DNA from: Ramazzottius varieornatus
Taxonomy: Eukaryota > Animalia > Tardigrada
Assembly (NCBI GenBank): GCA_001949185.1
Contig: BDGG01000001.1
Coordinates: 248,001 to 312,000 of the forward strand
Length of the DNA stretch: 64,000 nt
Reading direction: 5' to 3'
Part shown: positions 24,991-34,075 of the stretch, piece by piece
How positions within the stretch are numbered: the stretch's first letter is position 1
Layout of the letters: each line of letters opens with the position of its first letter
The notes under the pieces: generated by a model
What the model was told of the DNA's origin: nothing
Databases searched by the model: none
The model's input: only the letters and a program-made list of their open reading frames with translations
Position numbers and translations under genes: made by a program

Positions 24991-25499
24991 GAAAACGGCC
25001 CCTTATTGTCGGCCATTTATTTTAGCGAAGTACCATCAGTGCACTACTGAAATTTTCTGGCAACGCACTTCTGATAAATAATTTGTTGGACCCGAGCATT
25101 TTCTCGTTTCCGCACTGGTCGACGATTGTGTTGAGCTGGAAAATTTACGTTGCAGTGAAGCATTTGGTTTTGTCGACGAAGATTCTGAAGATTTTGTACA
25201 CGATAAGACTTTTGCATTTCCTGAATAAGATGCAGCAGAATAATGGCCGATCTTTTGGGAAAGTCAAGTAACATTGTGTTTTGGACGTTATACCATGCTT
25301 TACCTTTTTTCTTGTCGCATGCCGTGCGAATCGCTGTAGGCGCCAGTGGATACTTCCCTAATAAAATAACCGTACAAGCAGCTGCATCAAGTCTTCTAAA
25401 TTGGGCCGTCTCGTCAGCGCCTAACATTGTCAGCGATCTTTTTACAAGTGGCGATGCTCGCGAAACCTTGACAACTTCTACGGAAACAAAACCTCCGGA

Positions 25500-26066
25500 A
25501 TGGAAACAAAATTAAACGGCACTATTTCACATCCAGCAACAGTACTATTGTCAGGGATGAGCGGTAGTGGTAAGACCACCTTCATGCAACGACTTCTGCT
25601 ACGCGATAAAATAAAGCCTAATCCTACGCGTATTGCTTGGTTATACGCGCAATGGCAACCAATTTATGATGCGCTGACCAATGCCGCACTACCAATCGAG
25701 TTTCTTGAGGGTATCCCCGCAGCATTATTTATTCATGGGAGCAGTCATCGAAACTTATCGATATTTTATCTGATTCATAACATTTTTTGGAAGAGTAGAG
25801 TGGCGAGGGAGATTAGGCTGAATGCCAAGTACATTATTGTGTTCCGTGGAGCCTCCGACTCTGAGCCTCTGCTTCGTCTTGGGCACCAGCTCTTCCCTCG
25901 TCGACCTAAATATTTTGAAGAGGCAGTGGACTACTGCATGGCCAAGGACAATGGATATCTCATTATCCAGCTGTACCCCAACATCGCGGACGACGAGCGC
26001 CTTATGACCGATATCTTTGGCGAAAACCCTTACAAGTCTACTGTAGTCTTCAAAGCCATCAACTAA
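25500..26066 (+). pseudogene. A32/FtsK-like DNA packaging ATPase with internal in-frame deletion
   Basis: HPATVLLSGMSGSGKT (Walker A), LFIHGSSHRNLSI, REIRLNAKYIIVF and GYLII. The Walker B segment expected between EGIP and LF..GSxHRN is missing. Confidence 0.88.
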
Positions 26067-26067
26067 A

Positions 26068-26392
26068 ATGGAAGACACATCCACCGCTAAAAGCTTAGAT
26101 CTTCTCACTGTCGCGCGGCGACGCCAATGTTTCCAAAGCTTTGCTAAAGAACGCCGATGACACGCTCGTGGACGCCATCTCGGATTGCTGTTTACAGATC
26201 GTAAATGGGACAGTAAAGATTGAGCACGAAAGCGCACGTCGCAAGCTGGAAAAGTTGCAACCTATTCTGCAGCAGCTGGCTGAGAAAAGCTACTCAAGAA
26301 AGAAAAAGCGCGAGCTGCTGTTAGGAAAGGGTCTGCGAGTCTTGGAGATTTGTCTTCCGCCTGCATTGCAGTTTTTCTTATCTCTCTTATAA
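26068..26392 (+). pseudogene. Conserved small Maverick protein (frameshifted)
   Basis: LVDAISDCCLQIVNGTV...KL...LQQLA...KKKRELLLGKG resembles the widespread Maverick ORF with IxECxxNxLxGxV...KKxxLxQxG. Confidence 0.65.
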
Positions 26393-26393
26393 C

Positions 26394-27028
26394 ATGGCTC
26401 GTCGAATGTAGTTGATAAGTGAGGAGCGGTTACGGTACCGACTTAAACAGCCGCAATAAGGTCTTTGCGCTGGCGGATGCTCACGAGCGAATGGATAACG
26501 CGGACGGTTCTACGCGGATGCCCGGCAAGTTGACGCGCATTGCACATAACAATCTGCCTGTGCAACCTAGCATAAGTAACTTGGACCGTCGAGCGGAAAC
26601 GGTACAGTAGGAAAATTTCAGAAATCACACGCCGAAAAGTTTATTCGTTTCCTATGGGAGATCGGCATGGACATTACCGACGCAATGGAGCCAGTCGTCG
26701 ACGAAACCGTGAGGACCGGAGCCAACTTGGCCGATATAATCCACTGGGTTACAAACCCCATCAACCACTCTTACGCCCCCCGCAGTTGGAATCGTTTATG
26801 AACCTGCTCGCCCGCAACTTTATGCCTGCTACCATGATACCCAACAAGGACAGACGCTCGATGTACGCCACTTTGCAGCAGGATAAAGACCTCTATGGTG
26901 AGAAACCTTCGACCAGCACTGCACAGAATCAGCCAGGAATCGGGAGCGCTTCGCAAGACACCTCATTAGACTTGGCTAATCCTATTTCGAACCAAAACGG
27001 TAGCGGTGTTAGATGGTCGTTTTATTAG
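26394..27028 (+). pseudogene. Conserved Maverick ORF (decayed)
   Basis: FMNLLARNFMPATMIPNKDRR and terminal QNGSGVRWSFY resemble the FxxxLxxxNxPxxxIxNxxR...WxxY ORF found next to the ATPase in such elements. Confidence 0.5.
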
Positions 27029-27601
27029 CTGTATAGTAGCTGTATACATTTTCAAAGAGTGCATCTCGGGTAGTCTGAGCGCATCTGCATCCACACATTT
27101 TCTAGCATTGTTGCAAAAGTGAAGATTCTCAATAGCAAACTTCCTCAATAAAGCATCGTTACTCTTCAGATTTTTTGGATACGTGAAACTAAATATAATG
27201 CGACGTAGGGCATAACCACGGCATTTGTGGTAAAGGTAATAGAGAGAAAAAAGACCACAAAGATCCGAAGATGGGTGTTGTAATTGAGTGTAGTCTTCTT
27301 TGTACTTTCCTTCGCACTGCGGTGCCATTCTCGTTATAAAGTCGTGTATCTCAGCGCCGTAAAAGATGGCTGTCTTTCCAAATGAGTCGAAGAACTCTGC
27401 TTCTTTTCCGCTTTGGATCCATACCGCCACCCAGTGCGTACCACCGTCTCGGTCACTGGCTTTAGACGTATTAATGATGACACCAAATGGGTACCGACGT
27501 TTGCGTATTTTGGCAAGATAATCCCGTGGGAAGACGCCAGCAGTTTTATCCTTCCCATGCGGATCATGATGTAGAGCATCCCACAACTCGAACGTGTTCA
27601 T
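26966..27601 (-). CDS. Adenain-like maturation cysteine protease
   Basis: GVFPRD, IINT...GTHWVAV (His), EFFDSFG (Asp) and QLQHPSSDLCGLFSLYYL (Gln/Cys). ORF uninterrupted. Confidence 0.93.
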   Translation of the reverse strand: MNTFELWDALHHDPHGKDKTAGVFPRDYLAKIRKRRYPFGVIINTSKASDRDGGTHWVAVWIQSGKEAEFFDSFGKTAIFYGAEIHDFITRMAPQCEGKYKEDYTQLQHPSSDLCGLFSLYYLYHKCRGYALRRIIFSFTYPKNLKSNDALLRKFAIENLHFCNNARKCVDADALRLPEMHSLKMYTATIQLIKRPSNTATVLVRNRISQV

Positions 27602-27606
27602 GATTC

Positions 27607-28929
27607 TCACACATGTTTATAGGGCAAGAACGGGTTTCGGCGTTGGTCAATCTCCAGAATGCTGTCTCTATACAAATGAGCGTCATGGTTCCGGGCAAGG
27701 CTGCGTGAAAACGCAAATCAAGTCCCACAACACCAGTTCGGCGTCGACTCAGACAGGACGAATGACCCAGATCGGGTTCAAAAGAGAATTCCATCAAAGC
27801 AAACCCTTCATCCCAATGGTCAGGATCAAAGAGCAGACTCGAATTTTGAAACATTAGGCCAGTGGTTTCTAGCAGAGAGAGGTATCCATCCCGTTCAAAT
27901 CCGTTTCCGGGCGTGAACTGGAGAGGGCGTGAGGGGAGGTTTTCGCCGTTAACGATAAAGCCGACCTGACTGAGGCTGACCGACTCCACCTTTAGCGGGT
28001 TTTTCTTGTAATGCCCCGCAATAGCGGCGCTGTCCACAAGGGCTAAAATTACTTTTTTAGAAATAATGCCTCTAAACAAATCATCTCTGGCAAAACTCAT
28101 GACTCCGGCGTTGATCGTCAGCTCTAGCACATTCTTTCCTTCGAAAAAGATTAAAGCGTTTCGCTTGGCCAGCAAAATTTCATGGGCAACCAGAAATTCT
28201 GGATCCATCTTTATTTTTCGTATCTTCAATTGCGCTGACGTTAAGATTAGCTTCAGTCCCAGTGCTTCCTCCTCACTCATCATGTATGATGCCGCCTTGG
28301 CACGATGCAGAATGAGCTTGATATCCATTCGGTTTCGAATGAGCAGAGGCTGTTTGGCTAGTTCACTAGGGAACCTAGAGCGTAACTTGCACGTTTGGTC
28401 CCCTTTCAGTTGGTTATACCGATTTCGCAGTCTGGAGTTGGTCATGGCCGCATTCGTCGGAGTGGTCACGGTAGTATCATGACTGCCGGCAGTGTCAAGG
28501 TGAATTCCTTGTAGTTCCAACTGCTCTTTAGAGGGTGGTCCGTAGCCCAACAACGCCTCGGCGTAATTAGCAAAGTTAGCCAGCTGCGACACCCCAGTTA
28601 CCAGCTCCCCGTTTAAATAAAATTCCTCTGTTTGCTACATGGTGCTGGCAATCGTGTTGATAGGCCCGTAGGTGACGGTGTCGGGAACTATAGAGACACC
28701 ATCGGCCTTTCGAACTTTAAAATCCGACAGAAGGTAGGAATTATGTAGGTCTACAAATTCGTCAGGGCTGCCCGTAACTTCAAAGCTGATGGATGCCATG
28801 TTTTGACTATTACCCACTGGATTTACATATATCCATTTTATCCAAATATGACTGTGTAGGGGGTACGCTATTCCTGTACTCGACAGCAGTGTTAACACAG
28901 TTCGCTGAGGCAGGATGTACTTTGGCCAT
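27607..28929 (-). pseudogene. Double jelly-roll major capsid protein (hexon-like), frameshifted
   Basis: Starts MAKVHPAS...VPPTQ; ISFEVTG..EFVDLHNSYL; YAEALLGYG; AGHYKKNP; NGENLPSRPLQ; ends DSILEIDQRRNP. Confidence 0.88.
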
Positions 28930-28931
28930 GA

Positions 28932-29448
28932 TTAGGCTGCAAAGGGGAAGAATGTTGAATGAGTTTCGCAAGTGGTACTCCACGGGCTTTCTTGTTTGTC
29001 TTTTTCTTGCGAGAGGCTTTCTTTTTGCTCGATTTGCGAGGTTTCTTCTTCGATACTGCCTTTTCCGCGACTGACTTTCGTTTGCGTTTTCGTTTGGTGA
29101 TGCCTACGACCACTGGCTTCGCCTTCTTCGCTCGACGCTTGCGTCCTGATCCGGTCTGTCGTGCGATCCCCATCAGGCCTCTGATGACGGCCTTGCCCGT
29201 ACGGTGAATAGCGCTAGCAGCAAAGTCCCGGCCACCGACCACGTCGCATAAGGCTGATTTTCCTATGTTAGCGCTGGAATCAGTGTACTTTTGACACCTC
29301 GAGCAACGGCGCCAGATAAATTTCCGAAGAATCCGTGCCCTACTTGTGCGCCAATGCCGACGAATTTTGGTACGGAGCCGCCGGTTGGCTGTAATAGCTG
29401 AACGAAAACATGTGCAGGAATGGCAGACGATTCAAAGTTACTTTCCAT
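28932..29448 (-). pseudogene. Basic DNA-condensing core protein (pVII-like)
   Basis: PKFVGIGAQVGHGFFGNL and QTGSGRKRR followed by a K/R-rich tract. Lies between penton and major capsid. Confidence 0.7.
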
Positions 29449-29450
29449 CG

Positions 29451-30146
29451 TTAGGCTCTTTTGCGAAATCTTAGTCGCACAGTTGTAATGCCGTCAGAGA
29501 AGGGAATGATCCGACCAGTACTATCGGCCAGTCCTACAATAATTTTGTCGAATGAGTTGTCTCCGATTGGGACGAATTCGGCCCTGGGTCACGCTCTCAG
29601 CGGAAACTACAGCGAGAACCTGGGCCTTTGTATTTCCCACCAGCTGAGGTCGAATCAAATTACAGTAAACATAGACTGTGTTGGTGTGGGTCGTCAGAGA
29701 AGCTTCCCGTAAGCCAAATGGCTGCTCAATACCCCACAATCGTTTCATATACGGACTGAGCTCGACTGCCATTACTGTATCGTTCGGTGCCCGTGATACT
29801 GTTCGGTCGAGTGCATTGTACTTGAAAACCTCCCAAAACCCCCCAGGTGACAATAGATTCAGTGCATTACAAAGAGCCTCAACGTCCTGATAGTAACCTT
29901 GAGGTGTGACTTTCTGGTAACTTTTGCCATCCTTCATTCGAAACACCACGTTTCGCTCATCCCCATCTTTGGGAAAGGTGGCAATGCGTTCCGGGCATTG
30001 GATAGAGACAAGACTCATCTCCCAGAGTTCACAGTCGGGGATACGAACTTCCTCCGCCAAGTCGGTGGTAAAGCAGTGGAGGTATTGTGGAAAAAATCAC
30101 GGCTGGCATCGCTTGACAAGGTGATGATAAAGTTGTTAAGCGACAT
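29451..30146 (-). pseudogene. Minor capsid protein (penton), frameshifted
   Basis: NNFIITLSSDAS, FTTDL...WEMSLVSIQCP, VYVYCNLIRPQLVGNTKAQVLAVV and GRIIPF..G.TTVRLRFRK. Confidence 0.85.
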
Positions 30147-30935
30147 TCTTGATCATGCCGTTAAACTTTCTAGTCGTTACCCACTCGTCGAATTTTTTAT
30201 CCCAGCCAACGTAATGCACCAGTACTTTTCCCGTTTTCCGGTCGAGTTCTTGGACATGAAAGAGCTCGTCTTTGGTGTAATTAACCGACTGAAGCTGTCA
30301 CGGATAAAACCGGCCCTTCACCGTGTCTCCCTTCAGATCTTTCAATAAATAAAGCACTGCTCTGTCCTCGGTGTTTTCCACAGATAAAACTCTACACTTC
30401 CGAACTCCAACCTCGCAAAAATCCCTTTTCAAAACTTTTCTTCTGCAGCGATACACGCACCAACTGCTCCGGTACAAACTTCTCCTTGGACGAACGCCGA
30501 AATGCGTAGGTGACTTTGTGAGTTCCATACACAGCATTCTTGATCTCTTCCTTGTTATTCTCGGTCACATTGTTGGGTGCAACGAAGCTCAGTGTCTTGT
30601 GTGGTGTTTCATTGTACGAGTCCACGAAACTTTGCAGGACTTCAACGTAGCGTTTGTTACCGACTAATAAAAAGTACCGATACAGCCGTTCGGTAATTGC
30701 TCGATGAAAGCGCTCGACGATCGCTGCTTTGGTCTCAGAGCCCAGTTTTGAGAAATGTTCAATATTTTTCTGACGCATATATTGCTGGAACCTGTCGTTG
30801 TAAAACTCCGTACCCTGATCACTCTGCAATACTTGAATATTTTCTCCCGATGTCTCGTACAGCTGCCTAAAGCCGGCCAAAACAGCCTCTTTTGTCTTGA
30901 TGCTGGTCGGCTGAAGATAGGCTTTTCTCGAAAAG
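30136..30935 (-). pseudogene. Retroviral-type (c-)integrase with C-terminal chromodomain, 5'-truncated
   Basis: FSRKAY, LQSDQGTEFYN (second catalytic D), KAAIVERFHR (E), YNETPH, FEKGF..GWSSE, KGRFY and chromo VLVHYVGWDKKFDEWV. Confidence 0.92.
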
Positions 30936-30974
30936 GGCTTTTACGTTTGGCACATGCAGCCATCCGTCCTTCAC

Positions 30975-31460
30975 TCTGTACGTGTAGCATTTGACGTGTT
31001 GCTCATCGAGGAAGAAACCCGCTCTGGCCAGTCCGTTGGGATCTTACACCTTCTTTCCAGGCCACATACAAAGGCTCGCAAACCGATCAGTATAGTTGCG
31101 CATATGATATTGTATACCATGTAATGGTGCGTGTAGTAGCTTAATATCCAGCGAGTCTGGTGTGTCGTACCCGATCTTCTTCTCCACGGCAAACTTCACA
31201 CCCTGCCGCATTTTGTAGACGTCCAGCGCAAACTTACATTTTTCTCGAAGGTACAGGTGCTCAGACATAGGATCATCACCATCCCGCAAACACTCGTGGA
31301 CAAGAACACCACAATAGTCATACTGTACTACGTCTTTCTTGCCTGTATAGCGTAGACCCGCCGCTGCCAACGAAATGGGACTAACATGAGTGTTTTTCCG
31401 CGTCGCAAAACTTTTCCGGCGCTCGATAAAGTCCACGTCCAGTACAGACATATATTTCAT
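30975..31460 (-). pseudogene. Inhibitor-of-apoptosis (IAP) protein with two BIR repeats, decayed
   Basis: BIR1: RRKSF...LAAAGLRYTGKKDVVQYDYCG...DGDDPMSEH....EKCKF. BIR2: RFASLCMWP...*DPNGLARAGFF....VKCYT, with an internal stop and truncation. Confidence 0.85.
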
Positions 31461-31977
31461 ACAGCCGTTGGACAGAATATGTTTGGGTGGTTGCTTGTGA
31501 CAAGCGTCTTCGACGGAGTAAAGCCGAAACTAGAGTACCACCAACTAGAAGAATGACGACCATGTTCGCACCAGCAACTTGTAGCGCAGTCCTGGTTGAA
31601 TCAACCGAACGATACTCTAGTCCTTCACCGTTGATAGTGATGAATGGTGGTTGGTTAGTACGTACACATGCTGCAAGGCGTTGAGGCGGTACAATACTGC
31701 AATTGAAATTATCGTTGCCTCGTACGTCCAGTATGTTCAGGTTGGGATAATGGTGGAGCAAGTCGGTGTAATTGATCTGGCGGAGATAATTGTAAGCGGC
31801 CAGAATATGATACACTCGCTTATCAAACGTTGCGTTTTCCAGCTTCAACGGGTGAAGACCGCGATCACGACAATCGATGACAGCCGGCGAATTTCTGCAA
31901 AAGCATCCCTCAATACAAACCGAAGCAGTTTTGAAAGATACCAGAGCGATATAGTACACAAACAAGTAATTGGCCAT
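31381..31977 (-). CDS. Intronless type I membrane protein with LRRNT cap, homolog of the gene at 19544-20447
   Basis: Signal peptide MANYLFVYYIALVSF; CIEGCFCRNSPAVIDCRDRGL; ILAAYNYLRQI..LLHHYPNLNILDVRGN..FNC; TM MVVILLVGGTLVSALL followed by RRRR. Confidence 0.78.
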   Translation of the reverse strand: MANYLFVYYIALVSFKTASVCIEGCFCRNSPAVIDCRDRGLHPLKLENATFDKRVYHILAAYNYLRQINYTDLLHHYPNLNILDVRGNDNFNCSIVPPQRLAACVRTNQPPFITINGEGLEYRSVDSTRTALQVAGANMVVILLVGGTLVSALLRRRRLSQATTQTYSVQRLYEIYVCTGRGLYRAPEKFCDAEKHSC

Positions 31978-32332
31978 CCTGACACGGGCACGTAAAGAAG
32001 TCTGTAAACCGAAAGACAAGAGACTGAAATGATCAAGTAACTTGGATTATAAACACTGAGCGACTGCCGCACCCAACGAGCAACTCTGTAACAGCTCGGT
32101 CAAAACCCTGGTATGGCGAAAATTTTAGTGGACGCAACTTGATTTGCGTCCATGATTTTATGTTTGGTCGCTGAAACGTCCCTTATCCACCAGCTACAGA
32201 GACAGAGGGAGCTCAAGCTAACAGCAGCGTAAAAGGTAGGTTTAAGTCAATCTGAGAAATCGACTTCTCACTCCAGCACAGGCGCACTAATTACCCTCCA
32301 ACAACTTCCCCAATTTAATTATATGGTACAAG

Positions 32333-33148
32333 ATGGGCGGGGTAATTGCCCGCTATCTGGCCACGTATACCGCTCAGTCCCAAGTTAAGAGCGACAAACG
32401 TACAGTCCTCCTCAACAAGCTGGTCTACGGGCATACGACGGTTGGTCCCGATGGACTGGAACATGCAGTCACTCGTCGAAGTGGCTTCTCAACGGTGCTC
32501 CAAACAATCCAAGATTGGCCTGGTGGTGTCAAGACTCTTCGAACCTGACGCCGAAGAGGCCACAAGCATCCAGTGCGCGGATACTTTCGGTAAGAGCACT
32601 GCCTATGTGGAAATTGGGAAACAAGACTTCTTTCAAGTGACAGAGGACGATCTGTTGGTCGGCGAGGCAAGCGGCAAAGTCTTTACCTCCTCCTTGGTCG
32701 ACTTGTTCATTCGCAATGCCAGTCCTCTGCCTGGAATTCTGATCTTCAATCTGTGTAATGGTATCAAGAGCTGCTACGGCCTATCTACGCTTTTGGCACA
32801 GCTTCTCAAGAGGTGAGACAGTGTCTGACACTTCTGTAAGGCTTTGTGCAACTCAGTTTGTGTTTTCGATGTAGGTTCGATCCGGACAACAAGCAAGCAC
32901 TGCAGGACGCCAAACCGGAAAACATCCGTCGTTTCGTGGCTTCGGCTCATCCAGTGGTGGCCCTTCTTCGGCATTATTATGACGAGACGATGAAAGATCA
33001 CAAGGCTAGCATGCAGAGGATCCTTTACGCCGAAGACACTGCAGGCTATGACAGTGATGGGTACCACGACTACAACTACGGTTACCCGCAACCCTGGGAG
33101 GAAGAATATCGAAGCAACTACGAGAGAGCTTTCGCTCATAAGAACTGA
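32333..33148 (+). pseudogene. Spliced accessory gene of unknown function (one frameshift)
   Basis: TATA-like sequence just upstream, MGGVIA start, frameshift near 32530, intron ~32813-32874 (gtgaga...tgtag), Tyr/acidic C-terminus. Confidence 0.45.
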
Positions 33149-33409
33149 TGGCACACTGACTGCAGTACGATGTCTCGCCACATTCTACGATAGCCTATGG
33201 CCTGTTCTACCTGTATAAGAACAGTTTTCTTCAGTTTTCGGCTCTTTCTTATGACTGTTTTCTTTAGTTTGCTACATTAGCTTTCGATTATCTGCTTGCA
33301 ATTGTTAGCAATAGCTTACACCTTCTCAGTAGATGTGTCTACGTTAATGTCACGCTCAGTACGGTCCTTCATTTTCAGTACGAGCGAATACGGTATTTTC
33401 CAGAATTTA

Positions 33410-33950
33410 TTAACCAAATAAGTTGCGCTTTCTATATGCGTTTGTATTGTACTGAGGCAGGTTACTGTGGTCACTATATTTGGCGTCGGAAAGCGGAACC
33501 GTGTCAACTGTGACACTGTTTAAGTCAGTAATGGTGGCGTGATTCAGTACATCTCGTCGTCCATGGAATACGTACACAGCTCTGCAAGAGGAACCGTCGT
33601 CATCAAATGACTTTTTGTCAAGCATTGGATGGACATATTGCGAACACAAGACCGAACACACTTGATCTACAGCGTGCCAATAATGCACTAATGTCGCTCA
33701 CGAGTGGTGGCACTGTAATGGCCGGAGTTGCTCATAAGATCATTGTTGAATAAATTGTCATAAACAAACACGTGGTTGGGGGAGGTTGCATTTGCAGCAA
33801 AAACGTCGTCATATTTTTCCGGGTTTTGCCGAAGTTCATCGACGATAGCGAACCGAACATTCACGAATTGAGACTGATCACCGTTAAAAACGAAGTATGA
33901 AATAGAGGCACTCTCCGTCTCCTGTTATGGGTATGATTTGTAGAAGGTGG
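33410..33950 (-). pseudogene. OTU-like cysteine protease domain downstream of the Helitron helicase
   Basis: LQIIPITGDGECL(Y), then after a frameshift SISYFVFNGDQSQFVNVRFAIVDELRQNPEKY. Matches the OTU N-terminal motif GDGxCLxxSxS...xRxxxxxxL..N...Y. Confidence 0.65.
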
Positions 33951-34075
33951 TCTTCCAGATATGCGGAGCGGAACGTCGGATGAGTTTGTGTTGCTTGTTC
34001 CTTTTGAACGGTTTCTTTCTGTAGTTAACGGAATGATGATCTCTTTGCAGGCTTAGTTTGATGTGGCCGCGTGAT

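Larger units (their letters stand above)
18944..33148. mobile_element. Decayed Maverick/Polinton (adintovirus-like) endogenous viral element; boundaries approximate
   Basis: Two convergent gene blocks: pPolB, ATPase and two conserved small ORFs (+); integrase, penton, basic core protein, major capsid and adenain (-). TIRs not found, so only 22624-32000 is secure. Confidence 0.9.

Noticed and set aside
15839-33916. 16-bp inverted match GGAGAGTGCCTCTATT at 15839 and 33901
   Set aside because: About one such match is expected by chance in 64 kb, and it does not extend.
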